A stretch of 64,000 nt of DNA from an uncultured delta proteobacterium (GTDB taxonomy: Bacteria > Desulfobacterota > Binatia > Binatales > Binataceae). The stretch is from contig CAWJET010000001.1 of NCBI GenBank assembly GCA_963842085.1, positions 576,001-640,000 on the forward strand, given 5' to 3'. The notes below the pieces were generated by a model that ran no database searches, was not told the origin of the DNA, and saw nothing but the letters and a program-made list of their open reading frames with translations. A program made the position numbers and the translations under genes. This document shows positions 10,929-22,430 of the stretch, one piece after another (position 1 is the first letter of the stretch; each line of letters begins with the position of its first letter).

Positions 10929-12489
10929 TGAAGGCATTGCGGGCGTCGAACGTCTTCGCGCACATGTCGCATTAAGACGTGTGTCGGACGAGTCCAAAGA
11001 GGCCGAGTCCGAACTGTGCGAAGCTCCGCGGCCGCTGCGGCGCCAATTGCCGCCGGCCGAGCCGTTTCCGGTCGATGCGCTGCCCGACGTACTGCGAGAG
11101 GCAGCGCTCGCGATACACGCGATTACGCGCGCACCAATCGCGATCGGCGCGCAGTCCGTGCTCGCGGTCGCTACCCTCGCAGTGCAGGCCCATGCGGACA
11201 TCGAGCTTCCGACGCGCGCGGTGCGGCCGCTGTCTTGCAACTTCATAACGATCGCGGATAGCGGCGATCGTAAGACCAGTGCGGATGACCTCGCGCTGAA
11301 ATCCATAAGAGATCGCGAGAAGCTGCTCACTCTCGACTATGAACGTGAGAGGAACGATCACGCGAATAGGCTTGAGGCTTGGGATAAGCAGCGCGCTCAG
11401 ATTCTCAGCGATAAGGGCAGATATCCCACCGCTGCCCAGAAACGTGCGGCGCTGGATGAACTTGGCGAGTCTCCGCTACCACCTCTGCTGCCGATGCTGA
11501 CATGTCCGGAACCGACCTTCGAAGGGTTGACCAAGCTACTTCGCGACGGTCAGCCGAGTATAGGCCTGTTCTCTTCCGAAGGCGGGCAATTCATTGGTGG
11601 TCACGCGATGAGCGCCGAGAATCGCCTTAAGACGGCCGCGGCATTCTCGTCGGTATGGGATGGAACCCCGGTGAATAGGGTCAGACAGGGTGATGGGTCC
11701 TTCGTCCTGCACGGCCGGCGAGTTGCTGTACATCTTCTCGTACAACCTGGTGTAGGTGCTCGTCTCTTCAGCGATGCAACTCTTGACGATCAGGGAACGC
11801 TGTCGCGATTGCTGGCGGCTTACCCGGAAACGACGGCCGGAACCCGTTTCTGGAAGGAGCCGGAAGATGCCGACTTTAGCAGGATTAGCAGCTTTAGCGG
11901 GTTGATCACTAAAATTCTAGAGACGCCAGCCCGCACTGGCGACAAGAGAAACGAGCTGGTGCCGCGGGTTCTGCGTCTCTCCCTGGCCGCACGTCGATTA
12001 TGGATTCAGTTTGTCGATCATATTGAAGCCCAAATGGGCGCCGGTGGTGATCTACGGCCGGTCCGGGCATTCGCGAGCAAAGCCCCGGAACATGCGGCGA
12101 GAATCGCCAGCGTATTTCAACTGATCTCGGATCTGGCTGCTCAAGACTTATCGGGGAAGCACATGGCGGCCGGGATAACCCTGGTCCAGCACTACATAAC
12201 TGAGGCTCTTCGTATTCATGCAGCCGGGTTAGATGATCCCGACCTCGTGCTGGCCTCGAAGCTGCTGGAATGGCTCACGGCCGATTGGTTGAAAAAAGAA
12301 CCAGACGGATATGTATCCCTGCCTGATATCTACCAACTCGGCCCTTCCGCCATCCGCGATAAAGGAACAGCTGGCCGCATCGTCGCGATACTCGTCGACC
12401 ACGGGTATCTGCGTCATCACGATGGTCCAATGAAGGTCGCCGGCGAGACACGAAGGGATGTGTGGGTCATCGTGAAGGAGGTCGGGTGA
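10915..12489 (+). CDS. DUF3987/YfjI-family replication protein (putative helicase)
   Basis: PFPVDALP, ADSGDRKTS (Walker A-like), EPTFEGL, SSEGGQFIGG, WDG, QP and SRLL motifs. Confidence 0.85.
   Translation: MMEINEGIAGVERLRAHVALRRVSDESKEAESELCEAPRPLRRQLPPAEPFPVDALPDVLREAALAIHAITRAPIAIGAQSVLAVATLAVQAHADIELPTRAVRPLSCNFITIADSGDRKTSADDLALKSIRDREKLLTLDYERERNDHANRLEAWDKQRAQILSDKGRYPTAAQKRAALDELGESPLPPLLPMLTCPEPTFEGLTKLLRDGQPSIGLFSSEGGQFIGGHAMSAENRLKTAAAFSSVWDGTPVNRVRQGDGSFVLHGRRVAVHLLVQPGVGARLFSDATLDDQGTLSRLLAAYPETTAGTRFWKEPEDADFSRISSFSGLITKILETPARTGDKRNELVPRVLRLSLAARRLWIQFVDHIEAQMGAGGDLRPVRAFASKAPEHAARIASVFQLISDLAAQDLSGKHMAAGITLVQHYITEALRIHAAGLDDPDLVLASKLLEWLTADWLKKEPDGYVSLPDIYQLGPSAIRDKGTAGRIVAILVDHGYLRHHDGPMKVAGETRRDVWVIVKEVG
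11874..11900 (-). repeat. Three 9-bp iteron-like repeats (inverted copy)
   Basis: CTTTAGCAG GATTAGCAG CTTTAGCGG is the reverse complement of the CTGCTAAAG unit at 12544. Confidence 0.6.
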
Positions 12490-12860
12490 TGGGATTCCAC
12501 AAATTTGACGCGTACGAGAATCTCTCAAAAACAGAAGGGTCGCCTGCTAAAGTTGCTAAAGCTGCTAAAGTTGACACGCTCGAGGCTCGCCCCGTCAATG
12601 AATCCGATCAACCCGGCCTGACTCCCGCGCAATCACCGCTCGCGACCCACCCTGCACCCGCGTCGCCGGTGGCGGTCGAGCTGATCTATGTCGAGCCGCA
12701 GCCGAAGGTGACACCGCTCGATCCTAAATTCCCACCGTGCAGGAAGTGCGGCGCACGGCGCTACTGGATCACGGACTCGGGCAAGGTCGTCTGCGGTGGC
12801 CCGGGCTGCGGCGAGGTCCGTTACATCCTGGCGTCGATCGAATATCACCCAATCGCGTAG
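12489..12860 (+). CDS. Hypothetical protein with C-terminal Zn ribbon
   Basis: Start overlaps the upstream stop; CRKC...CGGPGC. The AKVAKAAKV stretch is encoded by the repeats. Confidence 0.55.
   Translation: MGFHKFDAYENLSKTEGSPAKVAKAAKVDTLEARPVNESDQPGLTPAQSPLATHPAPASPVAVELIYVEPQPKVTPLDPKFPPCRKCGARRYWITDSGKVVCGGPGCGEVRYILASIEYHPIA
12544..12572 (+). repeat. Three tandem 9-bp repeats, putative replication-origin iterons
   Basis: CTGCTAAAG TTGCTAAAG CTGCTAAAG TT, just after the replication gene. Confidence 0.65.
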
Positions 12861-12874
12861 GGGCTTTCGGACCG

Positions 12875-14479
<1,605 letters not shown>

Positions 14480-14511
14480 ACCGTCGAAACACGTTTACGT
14501 AGCAGGATGTT

Positions 14512-14588
14512 TGGGGTGAGTGAAGGGATTTGAACCCTCGACCGCCGGAGCCACAATCCGATGCTCTGCCAACTGAGCTACACTCACC
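14512..14588 (-). tRNA. tRNA-His (GTG)
   Basis: Cloverleaf with G-1, anticodon loop TTGTGGC, C discriminator and CCA. Confidence 0.96.
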
Positions 14589-14648
14589 ACCCTCGATCTA
14601 TTCAATCCGCCCGGCGCCTTAAGCCGCCGCTATCGGAATTCGCCTCCG

Positions 14649-14725
<77 letters not shown>

Positions 14726-14727
14726 TA

Positions 14728-14801
14728 TCGGGGCGAGCCGATTTGAACGGCCGACCCCCTGCTCCCAAGGCAGGTGCGCTACCAGGCTGCGCTACGCCCC
14801 G
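14728..14801 (-). tRNA. tRNA-Pro (TGG), CCA not encoded
   Basis: CGGGGCGTAGCGCAGCCTGGTAGCGC...CTTGGGA...GTTCAAATC...CGCCCCGA; only a 2-nt spacer to tRNA-Arg. Confidence 0.95.
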
Positions 14802-15227
14802 AGCCTTTAGGAAGTAACACACGGACGATCCGCTCTCAACCAACGATCATCCGCACACCGGTTTTGTTCATCAATAGATTCGTGGAGCAACAGACAGTGC
14901 CGCATGCGAACGCAGTGGATAACGGCGTCGTTAATTCCGAGCGCAAAACTGGCCAGCGCGCTCCGGACCGATTGAGACTCCGCTGAGGCATATCACGTGT
15001 ATCGACGCATGACCCGGACTGCGCGCGGTGCAGTCGGCTTGCCGCAATCCACGGAACGCGTGAGTGCTATGCGTGCATAATGGGCTCGCATCCAGCGGTT
15101 CGGTCGCAACTTGCAAAACTCGCAATTTTCGGGCGAAAGTGACCGAATTCGAGACTTTCGGGTTCCCGGAGTCGCAGAAAGAGAAAAAGTCCGATCTCGA
15201 TACCGTGAATTCGTCACGGTTTTTCCG

Positions 15228-15243
15228 AGGCACAAGGTTTGCT
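15228..15243 (+). promoter_or_regulatory. Sigma54 (-24/-12) promoter
   Basis: AGGCACAAGGTTTGCT = GG-N10-GC. A perfect palindrome ACCGTGA-N5-TCACGGT lies at 15202-15220. Confidence 0.7.
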
Positions 15244-15253
15244 TGAACTGTTG

Positions 15254-15369
15254 TTGCGCTGACAATCTCCTCCCCCGAGACAACAGCGCCTGTCCCCCAA
15301 GCAAAGGCCGGGCTACTTGAACCGTTGGCTCCCCACCGCGGTCCCCACTCGTAGCCCGGCCGTTCTTTT
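15254..15369 (+). ncRNA. Candidate small RNA with C-rich loops and terminal hairpin/U tract
   Basis: Stems GCGCTG/CAGCGC and GGCCGGGCTAC/GTAGCCCGGCC followed by GTTCTTTT; four TCCCC motifs; directly downstream of the sigma54 site. Confidence 0.55.
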
Positions 15370-15381
15370 ATTGAAAGTCAA

Positions 15382-16233
15382 ATGATCGCCGACGCGCGAT
15401 TTGGCTGCGCTGCCGGCAAATCGCCAGAAGACCCGCGCGAATTCTCCCGGCATTTATCTTTCGGAATTTCTGATAGGCTGACGGAGTACCGGACGGCGGC
15501 GTCGTTGCTCGAGACGTTCATCGGTGCGCTGAACTGTCCGACCGGGGGCCATATCGACCGCCTGAGGCGACAAATTTGTCCACTGCTCGTCGTGACACTC
15601 GCGGCCGCGGTGGCCGTTTGGATCAGCGGATGCTGGATGGCAGCGGCTCAACTCGCGCCCATCGCCGCCAATGTTGCGGAGGATGTCGGCGGTGGAGCCC
15701 TTGAGCTGGCCGCAGGTGTTGGTGCGTCTACCCATCGGGCGGCCACTCAAGCGAAGCAAGAAGAGGAAGCGCGTGAGAGTGCAATGAACGGCGCCGACAG
15801 CTGCGACCAGCTCGAAGTCGAAGTCCCCGGCGTGATCGAGTTGCGCAGGAGTGCAGCCGGCGCGCCCGAATATCGCGAGCTGCAGGTAAGCGATTCGATC
15901 GACCAGCCGCAGTGGGCGCCGATCGCGGACAGTGAAACCACACCGGATGGCTGGCGGCCGGCGGTTAATTTTCTTCAGATGAATTTCTCGCCGCCGCTGG
16001 GCGCAGTGGTCCCCGAGAAGGCAAGCAGCTTTCTGGCGTACGCGCCCTCGCGGTTTATCACGGCAGCCGACAGCGATCGGCTTACCGCGATGACATCGAA
16101 TTTCGGCAAACCGGTCGGCACATTCACCTGGGACGGCCAGTATTACCACTACGTCGTGACGAGCACGCTGCCATGCTTTCCACCGCCGCCCGAGCGGATT
16201 GCCCAGGATGTCACTGCCCCTTCCGGTTTCTAG
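15382..16233 (+). CDS. Hypothetical lipoprotein (true start probably downstream)
   Basis: Hydrophobic stretch plus ISGC lipobox-like motif; coherent GC3-rich ORF. Confidence 0.6.
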   Translation: MIADARFGCAAGKSPEDPREFSRHLSFGISDRLTEYRTAASLLETFIGALNCPTGGHIDRLRRQICPLLVVTLAAAVAVWISGCWMAAAQLAPIAANVAEDVGGGALELAAGVGASTHRAATQAKQEEEARESAMNGADSCDQLEVEVPGVIELRRSAAGAPEYRELQVSDSIDQPQWAPIADSETTPDGWRPAVNFLQMNFSPPLGAVVPEKASSFLAYAPSRFITAADSDRLTAMTSNFGKPVGTFTWDGQYYHYVVTSTLPCFPPPPERIAQDVTAPSGF

Positions 16234-16270
16234 CTAATTCGGTTTATCGGTTGCGACGAGCGTCAGCGCC

Positions 16271-17218
16271 TCAGCGCCGTAGCAGCGGGATTACTTCTCT
16301 GGCGAATTGCTCGTGTTGCGCGTCGCGATCAGCGGGAGCGCAAACCAGATCCAGGTTGACGTCGCGAATGCCCGCTTTGACGAACTCGTCGATTCGCGCT
16401 GCGACGTCGGATGGCCTGCCGACGGCGGCGTAGCGCTTGGCAGGCTCGCGGAAATCCATCGCGTAGCGCTTGCTCAGATGGGTTGCCGCGACGTCGAGCG
16501 CCTCTTCATAGCTGGGCCCAAGCGTCACGAACAAATGCAGCGCCGTGCCGAAGTGCTCGAACTTGCGCCCGGCCTTTGCCGCCTCGCGCGCGATGAACTC
16601 GAGTCCCTCGCCGACCCGCTTGGGCGTCACCACGTACGGCATCCATCCGTCGCCCAGCCGCGCCGCACGCCTGAGCGCGGCTTCGGCGCGTCCCCCGACC
16701 CACACCGGCGGTCCGCCGGGAGTGCGCGGTTTCGGCAGCATCGTAATTTTCGCGAAGCTGAAATACTTGCCGTGATACTCGACCGGTTCCCCGGTCCACA
16801 GCCGCTTGAGTATTTCGATTCCCTCGTTCGCACGCCCGCCGCGTTGTTTGAGCGGAACGCCGCATGCCTCGTACTCGGGCGGAAATTCACCGCCGACGCC
16901 GACGCCGAAAATGAAATGTCCCGCACCCATCAGGCGGTCCACCGTCGCGACCATCTTTGCGACCGTCACCGGATGACGCAGCGGCAACAGGTAAATGCTG
17001 GTGCCAAAAATCAGCTTCGGGTTCAGCGCGGACAGGTAGGTCAACTGGGTCAGCGGATCGTCGATCGGTCCCGTGAACGCAACGTGATCCCCTGTCCATA
17101 CACTGTCGTAGCCCCACTCGGACAGAGTGCTGACAGTCTTGAGCGCGTGCTCACGGTTGGCCGCGGTGGTAATCGCACCGAACCGGATTGTGGAATTCAG
17201 CGGCAGCGCGTCGCTCAT
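16271..17218 (-). CDS. LLM-class flavin/F420-dependent oxidoreductase
   Basis: GYDSVWTGDH, LLPLRHP, GVGVGG and PPVWVGG. Confidence 0.9.
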   Translation of the reverse strand: MSDALPLNSTIRFGAITTAANREHALKTVSTLSEWGYDSVWTGDHVAFTGPIDDPLTQLTYLSALNPKLIFGTSIYLLPLRHPVTVAKMVATVDRLMGAGHFIFGVGVGGEFPPEYEACGVPLKQRGGRANEGIEILKRLWTGEPVEYHGKYFSFAKITMLPKPRTPGGPPVWVGGRAEAALRRAARLGDGWMPYVVTPKRVGEGLEFIAREAAKAGRKFEHFGTALHLFVTLGPSYEEALDVAATHLSKRYAMDFREPAKRYAAVGRPSDVAARIDEFVKAGIRDVNLDLVCAPADRDAQHEQFAREVIPLLRR

Positions 17219-17240
17219 ATCCGCACCTTCAAGCTCATGC

Positions 17241-18026
17241 TCACACCGAGCGCAGCGCGCCGCCGTCCACTCGGATCAAGGAGCCTGTCACGTAGGCCGC
17301 CAGCGGGCTCGCCAGGAACGCCGCGACCGCGCCGAATTCCGCGGGCGTGCCGAGCCGTCCGACCGGGATCGCCTGCGCGCTTCGCTGTACCGCCTCCTCG
17401 ACGGAAATTTTCTGGCGTTCCGCGGCCGCGCGGCTGAGTTGTACCATGCGATCGGTGGCGATCGCGCCCGGCAGAAGAGTGTTGACCGTTATTCCGTCGC
17501 GCGCCGTCTCTGTCGCCAGGGTCTTGGCCCATCCGACAATCGCACTGCGCAGCGTATTCGACACGCCGATTGCGGCGAGCGGTTCGACCACGCTGGTCGA
17601 GGCCACGTTGAGGATTCGGCCCCACTTTTGCGCCCGCATGTCGCCAAGCAGCAAGTCCGTTATGCGAAACAGCGGCATCACCATCGAATGGAACTGCTCC
17701 TCCCAGACGTTGGCCGGCACGCCGGCCACGCCCGACGGTGGCGGTCCGCCGGAATTATTGAGCAGGATGTCGATCGCCCCGAACCGTTTGCGCGCGGCGT
17801 TGGCGGCAGCCTCGAGGCTCGGCCACTTAGCCAGGTCCGCCGCAAATCCAATCGCCCTGGCGCCCCGCGACGTGATTTCGGCGACCGCGCGATCGAGCGC
17901 CTCCTGGCCGCGCGCAACCAGCGCGACCGCAACGCCCTCCGCCGCGAGCGCGTCGGCGACGCCGCGTCCGAGTCCCTTGCTGCCGCCAAGAATCAGCGCC
18001 GTTTTTCCCTTGAGTTGAAGATCCAT
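17241..18026 (-). CDS. SDR family oxidoreductase
   Basis: GGSKGLG, NNSGGP and VDGG. Confidence 0.9.
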   Translation of the reverse strand: MDLQLKGKTALILGGSKGLGRGVADALAAEGVAVALVARGQEALDRAVAEITSRGARAIGFAADLAKWPSLEAAANAARKRFGAIDILLNNSGGPPPSGVAGVPANVWEEQFHSMVMPLFRITDLLLGDMRAQKWGRILNVASTSVVEPLAAIGVSNTLRSAIVGWAKTLATETARDGITVNTLLPGAIATDRMVQLSRAAAERQKISVEEAVQRSAQAIPVGRLGTPAEFGAVAAFLASPLAAYVTGSLIRVDGGALRSV

Positions 18027-18051
18027 TTTTTCAGTACACCAGGTTTGATCG

Positions 18052-18612
18052 TTACGCGTCCTGCTTGCCGGCGCCCGGCAGGAAATCGTCGAGCGGCACG
18101 CCGAAGCTGTTGAGCGCCCACGAGACCAGGTTGTATTGCCCGATCGTGAAGACCGCGTCCATCATCTGCTCGATGCTGTAGCGCTCGGATAACTGCTGCC
18201 AGGTCTCGTCCGAAACCGCCGACTTCTCGTACAAATCGTCGGCAGCCTGGAGCAGCGCGGCGTCGTGTCTGTCCCAGCCGGCCTTCGGACCCTTGCTGAT
18301 TCGATCGATCTCTTCGTCGGTGAGCCCGGCGTTCTTGCCGATCCGCACGTGCTGCTCCCATTCGTATGGAGCCTGGTTCAGCCAGCCGATCCGCAGAATC
18401 AAAATCTCGCGGTCGCGCGCCGGCAGCGATTGATGCGACAAGATGTAGCCGGCGAAGCGCGACCAGCTTCGCGCCAGCTTTGGGTTCTGCATCAGCACCC
18501 TGATGATGTTAATGACCTCGCCGTTGACCTTGTTGCGCTCGGCCCGTTCGCGATCGTCGGCGCTAAGGGTCGAAAAGTCGCGGAACGGGACTCGTTGTTT
18601 TCTCGCCGTCAC
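18052..18612 (-). CDS. Carboxymuconolactone decarboxylase family protein
   Basis: LPARDREILILRIGWL...YEWEQH. Confidence 0.85.
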   Translation of the reverse strand: MTARKQRVPFRDFSTLSADDRERAERNKVNGEVINIIRVLMQNPKLARSWSRFAGYILSHQSLPARDREILILRIGWLNQAPYEWEQHVRIGKNAGLTDEEIDRISKGPKAGWDRHDAALLQAADDLYEKSAVSDETWQQLSERYSIEQMMDAVFTIGQYNLVSWALNSFGVPLDDFLPGAGKQDA

Positions 18613-18786
18613 GGATTACTCCTCCGTCGTCGTCATTGCTCGTGAGACCATTTTCTTCGCGTGATCAGATGTAATCCACAATCGTGATTTTCTCCAGCCG
18701 ATTTTGCATTCCGATTCTCCTGAAATCGTTGTAGCGAATTTGACGCGATCCCGGCGGCCTTGCACGTTCGCTTGGCGTCGCGCGTA

Positions 18787-19974
18787 ATGACCTCGGCGAT
18801 GGAATCGTTCGACGTTGTGATCGTGGGCGCCGGAGCGGCGGGGCTGATGTGCGCGATGACGGCCGTGAAGCGCGGCCGGCGCGTGCTGCTGCTCGAGCAT
18901 AACGATCAGCCGGGCGCGAAGATTCTTATCTCGGGCGGCGGCCGCTGCAATTTCACCAATCTTGAAATAGCGCCCGAGCGGTTTCTTTCCGGCAACCCGC
19001 ATTTCTGCAAATCGGCGCTCAGCCTCTACACGCAGCACGATTTTATCGCACTGGTCGAACGCCATCGCATTCGCTATCACGAAAAAACTCTCGGCCAGCT
19101 GTTTTGCGACGGCTCCGCGCGCGAGATCCTCGCGATGCTGCTGGCGGAGTGCGCGGCCGCCCGCGTCGATTTGCGCACGCGCCACAGCGTCACCGAAATA
19201 AGCCGCGCCGATCGCTTTCGCATCGAGACGAACAAAGGCAGCTTTGCGGCGCCGGCCTTGGTGCTCGCGAGCGGCGGCCTCTCCATCCCCAAGATGGGCG
19301 CGAGCGGCTTTGCATACGAGATGGCGCGGCGCTTCGGTCTCGCGGTCATCGAGCCACGGCCCGGCCTGGTGCCGTTGACGGTCGCGGGCGAGACGCTCGA
19401 ACTTTGCCGGACTCTCGCCGGCGTTTCGATCGACGCGATCGCCTCATGTGGCCGCGACAGCTTTCGCGAAAACATTCTATTCACGCATCGCGGCCTGTCA
19501 GGTCCCGCGATTCTGCAGATCTCATCGTACTGGCGCGAGGGCGACACGCTGTCGCTCAACCTCGCGCCTTCATTAGATATCGGAAGCTTCTTCGCGGAGC
19601 GAAAGCGCGCGCGGCCCAAGGCGGAACTGAAAACCGTGCTGGCCGAGGCGATTCCCGCTCGGCTGGCACATACTCTTGCCAGTGCCACGGCGTCCGATCT
19701 CCCAATCGCGAATATTTCCGACCGCACCCTTTTTGAACTGGCGCAACGGTTAAAGCGATGGCAGCTCAAACCAAGCGGCTCCGAGGGATGGCCCAAAGCC
19801 GAGGTCACAGTTGCCGGAATCGACACCGCCGCGCTGTCTTCGAAGACGATGGAAGCGCGCGCCGTGCCCGGTTTGTTTGCGATCGGAGAAGCGGTGGACG
19901 TAACGGGATGGCTGGGCGGCTACAATTTCCAGTGGGCGTGGTCGAGCGGATGGTGCGCCGGGCAGGCAGTCTGA
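18787..19974 (+). CDS. HI0933/BaiN-family flavoprotein
   Basis: GAGAAG, KILISGGGRCNFTN and GGYNFQWAWSSG. Confidence 0.92.
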   Translation: MTSAMESFDVVIVGAGAAGLMCAMTAVKRGRRVLLLEHNDQPGAKILISGGGRCNFTNLEIAPERFLSGNPHFCKSALSLYTQHDFIALVERHRIRYHEKTLGQLFCDGSAREILAMLLAECAAARVDLRTRHSVTEISRADRFRIETNKGSFAAPALVLASGGLSIPKMGASGFAYEMARRFGLAVIEPRPGLVPLTVAGETLELCRTLAGVSIDAIASCGRDSFRENILFTHRGLSGPAILQISSYWREGDTLSLNLAPSLDIGSFFAERKRARPKAELKTVLAEAIPARLAHTLASATASDLPIANISDRTLFELAQRLKRWQLKPSGSEGWPKAEVTVAGIDTAALSSKTMEARAVPGLFAIGEAVDVTGWLGGYNFQWAWSSGWCAGQAV

Positions 19975-19992
19975 ATTCGGCGGACTCTGTTT

Positions 19993-22386
19993 TCAATCCC
20001 GCTTGCCTTCGGACTCTTCGATCACACCTTCGGCAACGAGCTTCGACACGTCCGCGTCGGGCATTTCGAGAATCGTGCGGCAGATTTCGCGCGTGTGTTG
20101 TCCCAGAGCGGGCGCCGGCGCAACGATCGGTTCGGGAATCGTCGTCGCGTGAAACGCCGGCCCCTCGAACATCATCGCGCCCACACCCGGTTGATCCACC
20201 GGTTGAGGATAGCCGCGGGCGAGCAGGTGCGGGTCAATCGGCATGTCGCTCGCGTACATCATGAAGCCGGCAGGCACGCCGGCGCGCTGCAGGATTTCGG
20301 TCACTTCGCGATCGCTGCGCGCGGAAGTCCAGTCAGTCACGCGTCGATCGAGTTCTGCGCGATGTTCGATTCGGCCGCGCGCCGTTTCGTAATCGCGTGC
20401 GCGCGCCCAGTGAGGATCGCCGATAGCGGTGCGGAACCGGCACCAATCTTCGTGACTCCGAATCGTTATTACACACCAGCGCTCGTTTCCGGCACAGGGG
20501 TAAACGCCCCACGGCGCACCGCGCTCGCTTTGATTGCCCTGTGGCCCGGCGGAGCCAGGCTCGAGCGCCGCCTTGAGCATCAGATCGGCGAGCAGCCCGA
20601 TGATTACTTCGACCTGCGCCACTTCCAGGTGGCCGCCGACGCCGCGGCGCTCGCGCGCGAACAGCGTAGCCATCGCTCCCAGAGCCAGCATGCGGCCGGC
20701 CAGATGATCGGGATGAATCGCGCCCGACCCCGGCGGCATCCCACCCTCGGGAAAGTTCCACAGGTAGGTCATCGCGCCCGCGGTGCGGCTGTTCGGACCG
20801 AATCCGATCCAATCCTTCCACGGGCCGCTCGCGCCCATGAGCTGGCTCGAGACGAGCACGATGCGCGGATTGATTTCGCGCATCTGCTCGAATCCCAAAC
20901 CGACTTTTTCCATCGTGCCGGTGGAACTGTTCTCGATGATTACATCGGAAACGGCGACGAGTCGCTTGACAATCTCGAGTCCGCGCTCGGTCCGAAGGTT
21001 GACGCCGAAACTGCGCTTGCATCGGCTGGACGAAGCGAACGACGGGCTCATCTCCGAGCCCGCGATCATGCGGATGAAGTCGGGGTACGCGCGGGACTCG
21101 ATCTTGATTACGTCCGCGCCGTATTCGGCCAGCAGCCGGCCCGCTTCGACGCCGACGCCGCCGATGCCGAAGTCCAACACGCGCAGGCCGGTGAACGGAT
21201 ACCGCCGCGGCACAGAGCTAGCGGCAGGCGCGGCCTTCGCGCTGGGTGCGAGCGTATCGCGACTATGCTCGCCGACCGCGGGGGCGCGGCCGGTGAAACC
21301 GAGCCGACGGCCATCGAGCATGAAGAAGCCGTCGGCAACTCTTCCGTACACACCGTCCGCGACTTCGGCGTCGCGAAAAGTTTCGCGGACCGCGAAATGA
21401 TCCGCCGCCAGCACTTCGTCAGGACTCAGCACCGGCGTCATCGCAAGGCCGCGACGCTGCGCCTCGCGTGCCAAGTCAAGCTTGGTCTTGTCCCTGAAAA
21501 ATTCCGCGTACATCGGATCGAGAATGTCCGTCTGGATCGACATGCGCCCCAGCAGGTGATCGAAGTGTTCGGCTTGCAGGACCTGCGGCTCACCCAGCCA
21601 CGCCCGCATCGCCCGCCACTGTCGCGGATGCAAAATGATCAGGCGGACGTAGCCGTCGGCGCACGGGTACCTCGTGTAAACCGGCGCCGAACCGGATCGA
21701 ATTTCGTAGTATGAGCCGCCGCGAGATTTCGTCGCGCTGAAATTCGGCAGCGCCCAGTCGGAAGTCTGCGCCGCCGCCTCCATCACGGATACGTCGAGAT
21801 GCTGGCCGCGTCCCGTCTTCGCGCGATCCCACAGCGCCGCGACCGTCGCGAACGCCGCGGTAGTGCCCGCGATGTCGTACGCCATCGCGCCCGGCGGCAG
21901 CAGGGGAGGCTTGCCCGGCACGCCCGAGCGAAAAAGCAGTCCCGACATCGCAACCAGGACCGCGTCAACGGCGTGGTAGTCGCGATATGGTCCTGTCAGC
22001 CCGAAGCCGGTGATCGAGGTGATGATGAGCCCGGGATGACGCTCGAGTAAATCGCGACGATCGAGGCCGAGCGATTCGAGATAGCCTGGCCGATGCGACT
22101 CGATCCACACGTCAGCCGCGTCCAGCAGACCGTCGAGGCGCCGACGCCCCTCGACAGTTTCCATGTCGAGCGTGACGCTCTTCTTGCCAAGATTCCGTAC
22201 GGCGAAGTACAGGCTGATCGCGTCGTGAAACGGTGGGACTGCGCGCGATGCCGCTCCGCCCGGCGGCTCGACGCGGATCACCTCAGCGCCGAGGTCGGCG
22301 AGCAGCCTGCCGCATAGCTCGCCCTTCTCGTCGGAGTGATCGATCACGCGGATTCCAGTAAGGGGGCGGTCGAAATCAGGCGGCAT
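19993..22386 (-). CDS. Tandem two-domain family III CoA transferase (CaiB/BaiF)
   Basis: Two repeats of L.G.RV.D...LA(D/E).GA.VI.(V/I)E. Confidence 0.9.
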   Translation of the reverse strand: MPPDFDRPLTGIRVIDHSDEKGELCGRLLADLGAEVIRVEPPGGAASRAVPPFHDAISLYFAVRNLGKKSVTLDMETVEGRRRLDGLLDAADVWIESHRPGYLESLGLDRRDLLERHPGLIITSITGFGLTGPYRDYHAVDAVLVAMSGLLFRSGVPGKPPLLPPGAMAYDIAGTTAAFATVAALWDRAKTGRGQHLDVSVMEAAAQTSDWALPNFSATKSRGGSYYEIRSGSAPVYTRYPCADGYVRLIILHPRQWRAMRAWLGEPQVLQAEHFDHLLGRMSIQTDILDPMYAEFFRDKTKLDLAREAQRRGLAMTPVLSPDEVLAADHFAVRETFRDAEVADGVYGRVADGFFMLDGRRLGFTGRAPAVGEHSRDTLAPSAKAAPAASSVPRRYPFTGLRVLDFGIGGVGVEAGRLLAEYGADVIKIESRAYPDFIRMIAGSEMSPSFASSSRCKRSFGVNLRTERGLEIVKRLVAVSDVIIENSSTGTMEKVGLGFEQMREINPRIVLVSSQLMGASGPWKDWIGFGPNSRTAGAMTYLWNFPEGGMPPGSGAIHPDHLAGRMLALGAMATLFARERRGVGGHLEVAQVEVIIGLLADLMLKAALEPGSAGPQGNQSERGAPWGVYPCAGNERWCVITIRSHEDWCRFRTAIGDPHWARARDYETARGRIEHRAELDRRVTDWTSARSDREVTEILQRAGVPAGFMMYASDMPIDPHLLARGYPQPVDQPGVGAMMFEGPAFHATTIPEPIVAPAPALGQHTREICRTILEMPDADVSKLVAEGVIEESEGKRD

Positions 22387-22430
22387 GAAGCCTCATTTGA
22401 GACGGCTGACTCGGGCTGAAAGAGGCCGAG

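Noticed and set aside
14811-14839. Sigma70 promoter for the tRNA operon (TTGAGA-17-TACTTC, minus strand)
   Set aside because: The position is plausible but the -10 is weak, so it is not called.
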